Positions 1-9,876 are shown, counted from the stretch's first letter. The stretch is 64,000 nucleotides of DNA from Bacteroidales bacterium (GCA_018401015.1 JAGYLP010000001.1:78463-142462), one strand, 5' to 3'. Notes: generated by a model from the letters alone, not told the origin. Numbers and translations are program-made.

Positions 1-1901
1 TCGATGTCTTTTCGGAAAGGATAATGGACTTGCGCGTAGGGCATTGCTCCCGAATCGAACCAAACATCGATCAAGTCGGGCTCGCGATGCATGGGTTTAC
101 CCGATGGCGAAACAAGTACTACATCGTCCACGTAGGGTTTATGTAAATCGAATTGCGTATAATTTTCGTCCGATAAATTGCCGGGAACAAAGTTTTCCAG
201 GAAATTTTCCTGCATGAAACCGGCTTTCATGGATCGGTCGATCTCTTGCTTCAGTTGTTCTACTGAGCCAATGCAAATGGTTTCTTCGTAATCTTCGGTG
301 GCCCATATAGGAAGTGGAGTTCCCCAATAACGAGAGCGCGATAAGTTCCAATCGACCAGGTTTTCGAGCCACTTGCCAAATCGACCGGTACCGGTACTGG
401 CCGGTTTCCAGTTAATGGTTTCATTCAGTTCCATCATGCGCTCTTTAATCTGAGTAGTGCGAATGAACCAGGAATCGAGCGGATAATACAACACCGGCTT
501 GTCGGTTCGCCAGCAATGCGGATAATTGTGGACGTGTTTTTCGATTCGAAATGCTTTATTGGCAAGTTTTAAACTCACGGCAATGTCGATATCGAGCGTT
601 GTTTCATCGTTTTCTGCCCCTTCTTGGTAGGCGTTTTTCACGAATCGACCTGCAAACTCACGGTAGCTTTCGCGAACAAACTCGTTTACAAAGGCTGGAT
701 CTAAATCGTCGATTTCGTAGAGTTTTCCTTTACGATCGACCAAAGCTTGTGTCTTTCCAAATCGATCGGTTACCACAAGGGGAGCAATTCCGCTTTGCTT
801 GGCAACGCGGTCGTCGTCGGCTCCAAAAGTGGGAGCAATGTGCACGATTCCTGTACCATCGCTGGTGGTTACGAAGTCGCCTGCTATAACCCGGAAAGCG
901 TCTCCCTGAGGGATAATCCAATCGATGAGTTGCTGGTAACGAATACCCAGTAACTCTTCACCGGAAAATTCTCCTTGCACTTCGTAAGGGATTTTTTTAT
1001 CGCCCTGTTGATAATCTTCCAGGGCTAAATCGGCCCATTGCGGATTAAAATAAACCGACATCAAATCCTTCGCCAGTATAACGCTAACGGGTTCGTTGGT
1101 GTAAGGATTGAAGCTTTTAATTTTTACATAGCGGATATCTTTTCCCACCGCCAGGGCGGTGTTGGATGGGAGCGTCCAGGGAGTAGTTGTCCAGGCAAGG
1201 AAGTACACTTTTTCTTCCGGATGGCTGAAAAGGAACTGGCTTGTTTCGTTGGCGATTACCTCGAATTGACCAACACAAGTCGTGTCTTTTACATCGCGAT
1301 AGCAGCCAGGCTGATTTAGTTCGTGCGAACTAAGCCCTGTTCCGGCAGCGGGCGAGTATGGTTGAATGGTGTAACCCTTGTAGAGCAAACCTTTTTCGAA
1401 TAATTCGCTCAAGAGGTGCCAGAGCGTTTCAATGTACCGATTGTCGTAGGTGATGTAAGGGTCGTCCATGTTTACCCAATAACCCATTTTATGCGTTAAG
1501 TCCTCCCATAAATCGGTGTACTTCATCACATCTTTCCTGCAGGCAGCATTGTATTCGGCAACGCTGATGGTTTTGCCAATATCTTCTTTAGTAATTTGAA
1601 GCGCCTTTTCAACTCCTAATTCCACGGGTAATCCATGGGTATCCCACCCTGCTTTCCGCTCCACTCGGAAACCTTTTGCCGTTTTGTAGCGGCAAAAAAT
1701 GTCTTTGATGGTTCGAGCCATTACATGATGGATTCCCGGAATACCGTTGGCCGATGGAGGCCCTTCGTAAAAGACAAAAGAAGGATTGCCTTCGCGGGTT
1801 TCAATACTCTTCTCGAAAGTGCGGTGGTCTTCCCAGTAGTGAAGTATTTTCTCGTTGATGGCTGCTAAGTCTAATCCTTGATATTCAGGAAATTTCTTCA
1901 T
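1..1901 (-). CDS. ileS: isoleucyl-tRNA synthetase, N-terminal 633 codons (3' end lies beyond the window start)
   Basis: The gene is absent from the ORF track because no stop codon lies in the window. My translation of the minus strand from the ATG at 1901 gives MKKFPEYQGLDLAAINEKILHYWEDHRTFEKS... It contains the class I HIGH region PPSANGIPGIHHV and reads ...DVWFDSGAMPYAQVHYPF at the window edge. Track ORFs at 139-1868 are out-of-frame shadows. Confidence 0.9.
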   Translation of the reverse strand, partial: MKKFPEYQGLDLAAINEKILHYWEDHRTFEKSIETREGNPSFVFYEGPPSANGIPGIHHVMARTIKDIFCRYKTAKGFRVERKAGWDTHGLPVELGVEKALQITKEDIGKTISVAEYNAACRKDVMKYTDLWEDLTHKMGYWVNMDDPYITYDNRYIETLWHLLSELFEKGLLYKGYTIQPYSPAAGTGLSSHELNQPGCYRDVKDTTCVGQFEVIANETSQFLFSHPEEKVYFLAWTTTPWTLPSNTALAVGKDIRYVKIKSFNPYTNEPVSVILAKDLMSVYFNPQWADLALEDYQQGDKKIPYEVQGEFSGEELLGIRYQQLIDWIIPQGDAFRVIAGDFVTTSDGTGIVHIAPTFGADDDRVAKQSGIAPLVVTDRFGKTQALVDRKGKLYEIDDLDPAFVNEFVRESYREFAGRFVKNAYQEGAENDETTLDIDIAVSLKLANKAFRIEKHVHNYPHCWRTDKPVLYYPLDSWFIRTTQIKERMMELNETINWKPASTGTGRFGKWLENLVDWNLSRSRYWGTPLPIWATEDYEETICIGSVEQLKQEIDRSMKAGFMQENFLENFVPGNLSDENYTQFDLHKPYVDDVVLVSPSGKPMHREPDLIDVWFDSGAMPYAQVHYPFRKDI

Positions 1902-2006
1902 GGGTTGTTGCTCTAAAAAATTTGGTGACCTTTATTAAAAATAAGTAGCTGAAAATGATTCTCTTTATGATTAAATGATTCATTTTCACGGTTTTTAAAA
2001 AACGCA

Positions 2007-2014
2007 CAAATATA
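2007..2014 (-). promoter_or_regulatory. candidate Bacteroidota -7 promoter box (TATATTTG on the minus strand) upstream of ileS
   Basis: Plus-strand caaatata is the reverse complement of TATATTTG, an exact match to the TAnnTTTG consensus. It lies about 106 nt upstream of the ileS ATG. Confidence 0.3.
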
Positions 2015-2088
2015 GAGCACCAAAAGGTAAAAATCAATAAATTATGTTTACAAGGCTACAAGATTCCTGGGAGGTTAAATTCCGGCCT

Positions 2089-3216
2089 TTACACCTTAAA
2101 AATGCGACTTAAGATGGCATCGGAAATAAACCAATAAGCTCGTTTAAGTGCTAATTTTCGTTGGGTAAGGCTAAAGTATTCGTGCAAACCCTGAATCTGA
2201 ATTTGTTTGAGTAAGTAATCTTCGTAGGATTTACCTAATTCTCCGGAAATCCAATCTAAATCGCAATTCCACCGGGTTCGGAGGTGAGTTAACAGGTATT
2301 CATTGTATCGGTCGTCGGTGCTTAATCGTTCGCATTCGAACCATTTTTCTTCTTGCTTAAGCGCCTGTGTGTATCGATGCAGGTCGGATACATTCCAGCA
2401 CCTCTTTTCTCCGTTGTAGGAATGCGCCGATGGGCCCAGCCCAAGGTATTTTTTTCCTTGCCAGTAGGAGGTGTTATGGCGACTAATGAGCCCATTTTTC
2501 GCAAAATTCGAAATTTCGTATTGCTCGTAACCTGCCTTTTGCAACGTATTGCAAAGGATCTCGTATTGCAGAATGCTTTGTTCTTCCGGAATCTCTTTTA
2601 GCCGACCTTCGCGATGCCATTTTCCGAAAGGAGTTCCTTCCTCGATGGTTAAATGATAGGCAGAAATGTGGCTAACCGGCAGGGAACAAGCTCGATTCAT
2701 ATCGGCTTCCCACTGTTCGTTGCTCAAACCGGGAATACCGTAAATGAAGTCGATGCTGATGTTATCGAATCCAACGGCATGAGCCAACTCGACCGCATGG
2801 AGTGCCTGTTCCGGGTTATGACGTCGATTCAATTGCCGTAAAATAGTTCGGTCGAAGGATTGTATTCCCATGCTAAGTCGGTTAAACCCTTCGCTGCGGA
2901 TGGCTTTTAAAAAATCGTGGTTTACATCGTCGGGGTTCACTTCGAGGGTTATCTCGATGTCTTTTTCGAAGCCATAAGCTGCTTCCAGGCGATTCAGGAC
3001 CTTCCCTAAATTAACCGGATCGATGAGCGAGGGCGTTCCTCCTCCCCAATAAATGGTTTCCAGTTTCGACATGGCAAAACGTGGCGTTTGCAAGTCGATT
3101 TCCTTCATTAGTGCTTGCAAATACGCCGGCCGCTGCCCTAAAAGCGTCGTTTTGTAAAAATCGCAGTAGTGGCACTCCTGCTTGCAAAACGGAACATGTA
3201 TGTAGATACCCGACAT
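2089..3216 (-). CDS. hemW: radical SAM family heme chaperone / oxygen-independent coproporphyrinogen III oxidase-like protein
   Basis: The likely start is MSGIYIHVPFC at 3216, and the track ORF extends to 3270. The radical SAM CxxxCxxC motif is present in FCKQECHYCDFY, and the C-terminal region is HemN/HemW-like. Confidence 0.85.
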   Translation of the reverse strand: MSGIYIHVPFCKQECHYCDFYKTTLLGQRPAYLQALMKEIDLQTPRFAMSKLETIYWGGGTPSLIDPVNLGKVLNRLEAAYGFEKDIEITLEVNPDDVNHDFLKAIRSEGFNRLSMGIQSFDRTILRQLNRRHNPEQALHAVELAHAVGFDNISIDFIYGIPGLSNEQWEADMNRACSLPVSHISAYHLTIEEGTPFGKWHREGRLKEIPEEQSILQYEILCNTLQKAGYEQYEISNFAKNGLISRHNTSYWQGKKYLGLGPSAHSYNGEKRCWNVSDLHRYTQALKQEEKWFECERLSTDDRYNEYLLTHLRTRWNCDLDWISGELGKSYEDYLLKQIQIQGLHEYFSLTQRKLALKRAYWFISDAILSRIFKV

Positions 3217-3380
3217 CTTTTCTGATTCATTAAAGGGCCGAAGATAAACCGAATCGATGAGTCGTAGCATAAAGTTTCAACTCGAAATGAGAACTTCCTG
3301 CCGGGGTTGATAGATTCTTACTATTTTTGAAACCAATTAAGAGGATCAAACCCTTCTTGTAAACCACTAAGCCACTAACT

Positions 3381-4478
3381 ATGAACACCAACCCAATCAT
3401 TGTAGGGATATCACACGGCGACATCAACGGAATTAGTTACGAAATAATTCTGAAGACTTTTTTAGATAATCGAATGCAGGAAATGGCCATCCCGGTAATT
3501 TATGGTTCTGCCAAAATTGCTGCCTATTATCGCAAAGCCCTCAACATAGAGAATTTTGTATTGAATCAGGTTCAAAGCATCGACGATATCCATCCGAAAA
3601 GGATAAATATTATCAATTGCATCGATGAGAATGTACGGGTCGAAATCGGCAAATCGACCCCTATGGCAGGCGAAGCGGCTTTCATGGCTTTAGAGGCAGC
3701 CACACGCGATTTAAAGGCCGGAAAGATCCATGCACTGGTTACGGCTCCTATCAATAAACACAATATCCAGTCGAAAGATTTTGCTTTCCCCGGACATACC
3801 GAATATCTTCAGAATCAGGCTGGTGCCGACGATTCGCTCATGTTCTTACTGAGCGATATCCTTCGGGTAGGGGTCGTAACAGGACATGTTCCCTTGAAAG
3901 ATGTTGCTTCTCATTTGAATACCGAAAAAATCCTTCGGAAAATTAACATCATGCATGAATCCCTGCGAATGGATTTTAACATTCGCAAGCCTCGTATGGC
4001 TGTTCTGGGCCTTAACCCGCACTCCGGCGACCAGGGATTACTCGGAACGGAGGAGGAAGAAATCATTCTCCCTGCCATTAAGCAGGCAAAAGATGCCGGG
4101 ATGTTGGTGTTTGGGCCATATTCGGCCGATGGGTTTTTTGGTTCCGATTTGATCAAAAAGTTCGATGGAGTGCTAGCCATGTACCACGATCAAGGCTTAG
4201 CTCCTTTTAAGGCCTTAAGTTTTGAAAGTGGTGTAAACTTTACTGCGGGCTTACCTTTTATCCGCACCTCGCCCGATCATGGTACCGCTTACGAATTGGC
4301 CGGAAAAGACGAAGCTTCGCCGGAATCCTTTCGTCAGGCTTTTTACAAGGCGATCGATATTTACAAGAACCGCGAAATGGATAAAGAACTCAAAGCAAAT
4401 CCGCTCAAAGCTCAGAAACTCCGCGATAATCACCATAACCGCGATATTGATCCGGATTTAAAGAAACTGGAAGAATAA
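3381..4478 (+). CDS. pdxA: 4-hydroxythreonine-4-phosphate dehydrogenase
   Basis: PdxA-type motifs are present: GISHGDINGISYEI, FPGHTEYL and TSPDHGTAYELAGK. The length is 365 aa. Confidence 0.85.
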   Translation: MNTNPIIVGISHGDINGISYEIILKTFLDNRMQEMAIPVIYGSAKIAAYYRKALNIENFVLNQVQSIDDIHPKRINIINCIDENVRVEIGKSTPMAGEAAFMALEAATRDLKAGKIHALVTAPINKHNIQSKDFAFPGHTEYLQNQAGADDSLMFLLSDILRVGVVTGHVPLKDVASHLNTEKILRKINIMHESLRMDFNIRKPRMAVLGLNPHSGDQGLLGTEEEEIILPAIKQAKDAGMLVFGPYSADGFFGSDLIKKFDGVLAMYHDQGLAPFKALSFESGVNFTAGLPFIRTSPDHGTAYELAGKDEASPESFRQAFYKAIDIYKNREMDKELKANPLKAQKLRDNHHNRDIDPDLKKLEE

Positions 4479-4504
4479 GTTAATTGAGGCGATAAAATAA
4501 ATTT

Positions 4505-4547
4505 AAAACCCCTGACTAATATTCAATTGAAGCTAGTCAGGGGTTTT
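4505..4547. terminator. bidirectional rho-independent terminator between convergent pdxA and the 1077-aa flavoprotein gene
   Basis: A 14-bp perfect stem pairs aaaacccctgacta with tagtcaggggtttt. A runs and T runs lie on the outer sides, so it could terminate transcripts on both strands. Confidence 0.65.
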
Positions 4548-4549
4548 GT

Positions 4550-7500
4550 TTATTTGAAAGCTTTTTCGGGCAATCCATCGCCGTGGTAACTCAATCGGTG
4601 GAAATAATCCGGAACTTTTTTTCCACTTAGTTGATCCACATACAGTTTTGCAAGGTATTGCCCGAGCATAAATCCTTGCCCTCGTAATCCTACAAATAAA
4701 CCCAATTCTGGGTCGATAAACATTCTGGGTTCAACGTAATACCCCGACCAAACAGCCTGAAAACCTACCGAGGAAAGGTGCGGAAGCCAGTTGACAAATA
4801 CTTCGCTTACGATTTCCAGGAATTCCTTGCTGTTTATTTTCAGATTCTTGTCGGTTTCTTTGGCGTCGATCCAGGGAGAAGCACAACCAATAATTTGGCC
4901 TGTCTCGGCTAGTTGTTGTCCGTAAACCGCAGTAAAACCTTTATAGTTTCTCCGGTCGATCATCATGGGTAAGGGCGATTGATTCTTCCCAAGCATGGGT
5001 AATCGGCGAGTAATAAAAGCCTGGTGTTTCACCGGATAGATTCCTGTTTCGATCCCTAAGGAGCGTGTATAGGAATCGCCTTCCGGTCCTAAAGCATTGA
5101 TAAAGTGGGGAGTGTGGTATTCCTGATAATTCCCCTGATGGTCTTGAACGATTACTTGATAAAGCGAACCGGTTTTGGCTACATCGATTAGCTTGCAGTC
5201 TTCCAGAATACTACCACCTTGCTCTAAGCCAATTTGCCGAATTAAATCGACCACCTTGCCCGGGCTTGCCTGCCAGCAGTTTCGTGTTAGCAAAGCTGCC
5301 TGATAGCTGTGATGCAAATTGGGATTTAAGTAGGGTGAAATTCTTTCCGTAAACGAACCTGGGCTTAACATCTCGGCATCGGACCAGGCTCGCGAGCGGT
5401 CAAGCGCTTCGAACATTGCATCGTCGTGAGCAAAGGTGAGGTAGTTAATAGGTAGAAAATCAATGTTCCGGACTGTTTGTAGTTCGCGGAAAATATCGAG
5501 GTTTTTGTGGGCAATTTCCGATAGTTCAGGAATGCTGAAATTGGGTCGGCCACCGGCAATATTGCGCCATGAAGCACCTCTGCCGGAGTTAATCAACAGG
5601 GGCTTATAACCGGCTTCGGCCAGGTAACGAAACAAGGCACTTCCACCAATGCCACCTCCGGCGACAAGGGCTTCTATCTGAATCGGTGTTTTCCTATGTG
5701 CGTGCGGAAGGATAATTTCTTTCTGAGAATACTTGGGATACAATTCACCCAAACTTACTTGGTTCGAGAGCGGACCGCGAGGAGTAGCATCGCCAACGAT
5801 CGAAATACCATAGGGTACCAGTACTTGCTTTAATCTTTTGATGCAGCGTTTGCCTCTACAGGCGCCCATTCCCAAACGGGTTGTATGTTTTACTTCGTCG
5901 ATCGAAATGAACTTTCTGTCGCCGATAGTTGCTAAAATTTCATCGAGCGATACATCGTCGCAATGGCAAATGTATTGTTCCGATTCAACAGGTGGAGAAT
6001 TTTTATCGCATTCCAGCGCTTCCGGGTAGTTGTGTTTGGGAATGAATCCTCGGCATTCGCAAAGTTGTTCGGTGGGGATGTCGAGTGCTTCGATTCGGGC
6101 AATATTGGTTTTGTTTGGTTTTTTGAGAATTTTCTGAAGCTTCCCGGTTCCTTGAATAGCTCCTTCGTTATTCACCAGATAAACCTCCATTCCTTCTTCT
6201 ACCTCTAATTCGATAGGCAGAAACACTTGATTCTTCTTCAGGTTATAGCCGAAAATGGCTAGTCCGGGGCATTGATAAACGCAGTCCATACAACCGATGC
6301 ATCGATTAAAATCGATTTGAGGAACGGTGCTGGTCGATGTTTTTGTAATTGCTCCGTACTTGCATGCAAACTCGCAGGGATTGCAGGCAAAACCATACAA
6401 GCAATCGATTAAAACAAAGGGTTTAGCTATTTTTCTTTCTTCCGAAGGTCGATACGGTTCTGTAATGACTTGAATCGGATGCTGCTGCGAATCGATGTAC
6501 TCCTTCGAACAAAGTAAATAGTCGTTGTAGTTGTAGTTGGCGCCCATATCCTCCAGGATTTCGAGAGCTACTTGTTTTCCGCGCACCACGGCGCTGGTAC
6601 CTTCTCCAATTCGGATTGCATCGCCGGCTCCGAAAACTTTTCGTCCGAAAACTTCTTTGCCTTTGATTAGGAGTTGATCATCGGGGACAAGACCGGTGCA
6701 AATATTAATGGCATCGATTCCATAGATGGTTTTTTCTGTTCCGGGAATGGCTTTGAAGTTTTCACATTCGGCAATAACGGCACCTATAATGCCCGTGTTA
6801 TCTTCGTTTGGAATCGCTTTGAGTAAGGTGTGCGATAAGCGAATGGGAATTCCCAGGCGGCGCACCCGGTTTGCTTGTACCGGAAATCCACCTTCGTGCG
6901 ATTGTGCTTCCAGAATCATTTTAACCTTTGCTCCGGCCTGCACTAGTTGATAACTCGTAAGGTAGCCAATATTTCCGGCGCCAACGGTAAGGATGTTCTT
7001 CCCGAGCAGGGTGAACTCCTGGTTCATCATTTTTTGGATAACGGCTGCTGTGTAAACTCCCGGTAAGTCGTCGTTTTCGAAAGCAGGCATAAAGGGAACA
7101 GCACCCGTTGCAATGACTAAATATTCGCAATCGACGTAAAATATTTCATCGTTCAGAATGTTTTTAACGGCAATTCTTTTCCCTTCGAGCAAATCCCACA
7201 CGGTTGCATTCAGAATAATTCCTTCTTGCGATTCGCCGGCCAGGGTTTTAGCAATGTCGAATCCGCGCATGCCTCCGAATTTTTTTACTTTTTCGAAAAA
7301 GAAAAACTGATGGGTTTGCATGAGGAATTGTCCTCCAATTTCAGTATTGTTGTCGATAACCAGGTTGTCGATTCCTTGTTGATTCAGTTCGGCCCGGCAG
7401 GCTAAACCGGCAGGACCGGCTCCAATAATCGCTACTTGTGTTCGATAAATTTTAAGGGGCACATCGGTTTGATTTGATTGAACGGATGGTTCAAACTGGT

Positions 7501-7783
7501 GATCAATTTCGGATACTTCCTTCACGTTATCGACCGGGGTAATGCAGATGCGTTTTAGCACTCCGTCGACGAGCATTTCGCAAGCTCCGCATTTCCCGAT
7601 GCCACATTCGAGCGATCGGCTTCTGTTTTTTAAACTGTGGCTATGAACGGGGAAGCCATTTTGGTGCAAAGCAGCGGCAATGGTTCGCCCTTTTTCGCCG
7701 ATAATGGTTTTTCCTTGAAACTGAAAATGGACCTGTTCTCCTTCGGGAATGCTTAAAATGGGGTGTTCGCTTATTTTGTACAT
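4550..7783 (-). CDS. multidomain Fe-S flavoprotein in one 1077-aa chain: [2Fe-2S] domain, FAD/NAD(P) pyridine-nucleotide-disulfide oxidoreductase, 2x[4Fe-4S]-type cysteine clusters, BFD-like [2Fe-2S] domain and DAO-type FAD-dependent oxidoreductase
   Basis: Cys cluster CGIGKCGACE at about aa 60-69. Dinucleotide folds VAIIGAGPAGLA (aa 117) and ILTVGAGNIGYL (aa 264). CLYGFACNPCEFAC and CIGCMDCVYQCP at aa 461-506. ICHC...GMGACRGKRC at aa 605-647. A third GxGxxG, ALVAGGGIGGSA, at aa 705, followed by a DAO-like domain that runs to the C-terminus. Confidence 0.75.
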   Translation of the reverse strand: MYKISEHPILSIPEGEQVHFQFQGKTIIGEKGRTIAAALHQNGFPVHSHSLKNRSRSLECGIGKCGACEMLVDGVLKRICITPVDNVKEVSEIDHQFEPSVQSNQTDVPLKIYRTQVAIIGAGPAGLACRAELNQQGIDNLVIDNNTEIGGQFLMQTHQFFFFEKVKKFGGMRGFDIAKTLAGESQEGIILNATVWDLLEGKRIAVKNILNDEIFYVDCEYLVIATGAVPFMPAFENDDLPGVYTAAVIQKMMNQEFTLLGKNILTVGAGNIGYLTSYQLVQAGAKVKMILEAQSHEGGFPVQANRVRRLGIPIRLSHTLLKAIPNEDNTGIIGAVIAECENFKAIPGTEKTIYGIDAINICTGLVPDDQLLIKGKEVFGRKVFGAGDAIRIGEGTSAVVRGKQVALEILEDMGANYNYNDYLLCSKEYIDSQQHPIQVITEPYRPSEERKIAKPFVLIDCLYGFACNPCEFACKYGAITKTSTSTVPQIDFNRCIGCMDCVYQCPGLAIFGYNLKKNQVFLPIELEVEEGMEVYLVNNEGAIQGTGKLQKILKKPNKTNIARIEALDIPTEQLCECRGFIPKHNYPEALECDKNSPPVESEQYICHCDDVSLDEILATIGDRKFISIDEVKHTTRLGMGACRGKRCIKRLKQVLVPYGISIVGDATPRGPLSNQVSLGELYPKYSQKEIILPHAHRKTPIQIEALVAGGGIGGSALFRYLAEAGYKPLLINSGRGASWRNIAGGRPNFSIPELSEIAHKNLDIFRELQTVRNIDFLPINYLTFAHDDAMFEALDRSRAWSDAEMLSPGSFTERISPYLNPNLHHSYQAALLTRNCWQASPGKVVDLIRQIGLEQGGSILEDCKLIDVAKTGSLYQVIVQDHQGNYQEYHTPHFINALGPEGDSYTRSLGIETGIYPVKHQAFITRRLPMLGKNQSPLPMMIDRRNYKGFTAVYGQQLAETGQIIGCASPWIDAKETDKNLKINSKEFLEIVSEVFVNWLPHLSSVGFQAVWSGYYVEPRMFIDPELGLFVGLRGQGFMLGQYLAKLYVDQLSGKKVPDYFHRLSYHGDGLPEKAFK

Positions 7784-7938
7784 AAGGTGCTTGTTTATTT
7801 TATCCGAAAATAAACCTTGCTAAAGTTCTGTTTACTGATGTTTATCAGGAAGTTCCTTCATGTTACTATCTTGTACAACAGTTTTTCGCCCTTTTCTTCT
7901 TCTTAAAAATTGGTAGCTTAGTGGAAATTTTTGGGAGA

Positions 7939-9066
7939 ATGAGCATCGCACGAGCTATTTTACGGGCCATTTTTATTTATCCGCTGTCGTTGCTGTACGG
8001 AATGCTTACCTATACCCGCAATCGATTATACGATTATGGTATTTTGCCATCCAAATCCTTCGATGTTCCAGTCATCACCGTTGGAAATATTACTGTTGGA
8101 GGGACGGGTAAAACACCTCATGTTGAACTGCTGGCAGAAGCTTTATCGAAGGAATTTCAGGTGGCTGTGTTGAGTCGTGGTTATAAACGCAAGACCCGCG
8201 GTTTTCGATGGGTGGAAGAGGATACACGTTATTGGGAGGCGGGCGATGAACCGGTTCAGTTGAAGCGTAAATTTCCATCGCTAACCGTTGCTGTGTGTGC
8301 TAACCGAAAAAAAGGGATCGAAACCATCATGGCGAAAGCTTCTCCTGTTCCCGATTTGATTTTGATGGACGATGGTTTTCAGCATCGACGAGTTAAACCC
8401 GGATTATCCATTTTGTTGACCGATTATCATCGGCCCATGGATGCCGATTATCGCTTACCTTATGGCAATTTGAGAGAATCTTTTCATGAAAAACGGCGCG
8501 CGAATATTCTCATAACCACCAAGGTTCCCCCAAATCTTAATCCAATCGATAAGCGGATATTGCTTAAAAAACTCAATTTATTTCCTTATCAGGAGTTGTT
8601 CTACTCCGGTATTCGCTACCTGTCGCCCCAACCGGTTTTTGAGAACGATGCTGCGGTCGATGTTCAGAAAAACGGATTTTCTTCCCTCGAAAAAGTAATT
8701 TTAATAACCGGATTAGCAAAGGCTAATCCACTCTTTATGTATATTCGCGACCAGTTTACTCCGGAGGTTGATTGGAGGCAGTTTAGCGATCATTATTCCT
8801 TTAAAATGAAGGATTTAGAAAAGATTCGAAAGGATTTTCAATCCCAGTCAGAAGGTCGAAAAGTTATCTTTACTACCGAGAAAGATGCTGTGCGACTGGC
8901 CGATCATCCGGATGTGAATTTGATTGCCGATTTACCCCTCTTTTTTATACCCATCGAAGTAGCGATAATGGATCAGAAGAAAGACGAATTGATACAGATA
9001 ATTGCAAATTATGTTAGAAAGAATAAAAGAAACAGCCAGTTATATAAGCAGTCGGCTAAAAGCTAA
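7939..9066 (+). CDS. lpxK: tetraacyldisaccharide 4'-kinase
   Basis: The P-loop VGNITVGGTGKTPHVELL and the DDGFQHR motif are present. The first ATG is at 7939, and the track ORF starts at a GTG at 7921. Confidence 0.85.
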   Translation: MSIARAILRAIFIYPLSLLYGMLTYTRNRLYDYGILPSKSFDVPVITVGNITVGGTGKTPHVELLAEALSKEFQVAVLSRGYKRKTRGFRWVEEDTRYWEAGDEPVQLKRKFPSLTVAVCANRKKGIETIMAKASPVPDLILMDDGFQHRRVKPGLSILLTDYHRPMDADYRLPYGNLRESFHEKRRANILITTKVPPNLNPIDKRILLKKLNLFPYQELFYSGIRYLSPQPVFENDAAVDVQKNGFSSLEKVILITGLAKANPLFMYIRDQFTPEVDWRQFSDHYSFKMKDLEKIRKDFQSQSEGRKVIFTTEKDAVRLADHPDVNLIADLPLFFIPIEVAIMDQKKDELIQIIANYVRKNKRNSQLYKQSAKS

Positions 9067-9814
9067 ACCCGATACCGCCATTGTGCTGGGAAGTGGGCTC
9101 GGTGGTTTAGTAAACGAAATCGAAGTAATAGAGAAAATCCCCTACAACGAAATTCCTCATTTCCCCGTAAGTACCGTAGCTGGCCATGCCGGCATGTTAA
9201 TTTTCGGACGCTTAGGAAACCGCCATGTGTTGGCCATGCAAGGTCGTTTCCATTATTACGAAGGCTGGTCGATGCAGGAAGTAACCTTCCCCTTTCGAGT
9301 GATGAAGTTGATGGGTGTCGAAACCCTTATCATTTCGAATGCCGCCGGAGGGCTCAATCCCGATTATCAGGTAGGAGATATCATGCTTATTTCCGATCAC
9401 ATTAACTTATTTCCTGAACATCCGCTTCGAGGTAAAAATGAGGATTCTCTCGGCCCTCGCTTTCCCGATATGAGCGAGGTTTACACCGCCGAACTCCGTG
9501 CAAAAGCGAAAGAAAAAGCAAAAGAACTGGGTATTCACCTCCAAGAAGGCATTTATGCCGGTGTTACCGGTCCAACCTTCGAAACACCAGCCGAATACTA
9601 CTACTTGCGAGTTATTGGCGCCGATGCAGTTGGTATGTCCACTGTGCCCGAAGCCATTGTTGCAGCACACATGGGTATGAAAATTATTGCCTTTTCCATC
9701 ATCTCCGATTTGGGAATTCCCGGTATAGTCGAGAAGATTACTCACGAAGAAGTTTTGAAAGCAGCACAAGCCACCGAACCAAAATTGACAGCCGTATTAA
9801 AAGGAATCTTGTAA
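9011..9814 (+). CDS. purine nucleoside phosphorylase (trimeric PNP family)
   Basis: Motifs VLGSGLGG, GRFHYYEGW, ISNAAGGLN and AVGMSTVPE are present. The ATG at 9011 (MLERIKETASYI) overlaps the lpxK 3' end by 56 nt. Confidence 0.85.
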   Translation: MLERIKETASYISSRLKAKPDTAIVLGSGLGGLVNEIEVIEKIPYNEIPHFPVSTVAGHAGMLIFGRLGNRHVLAMQGRFHYYEGWSMQEVTFPFRVMKLMGVETLIISNAAGGLNPDYQVGDIMLISDHINLFPEHPLRGKNEDSLGPRFPDMSEVYTAELRAKAKEKAKELGIHLQEGIYAGVTGPTFETPAEYYYLRVIGADAVGMSTVPEAIVAAHMGMKIIAFSIISDLGIPGIVEKITHEEVLKAAQATEPKLTAVLKGIL

Positions 9815-9876
9815 CTCATTTACTCATCGAAAAGTGTAAATTTGTTGCCTTAGTTTGAATAAAATAAAACGCTGCT

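Noticed and set aside
139-1868. Track ORFs of 63-112 aa on both strands at the window start.
   Set aside because: They overlap the partial ileS reading frame, which has unmistakable class I synthetase motifs. They are out-of-frame or antisense shadows.
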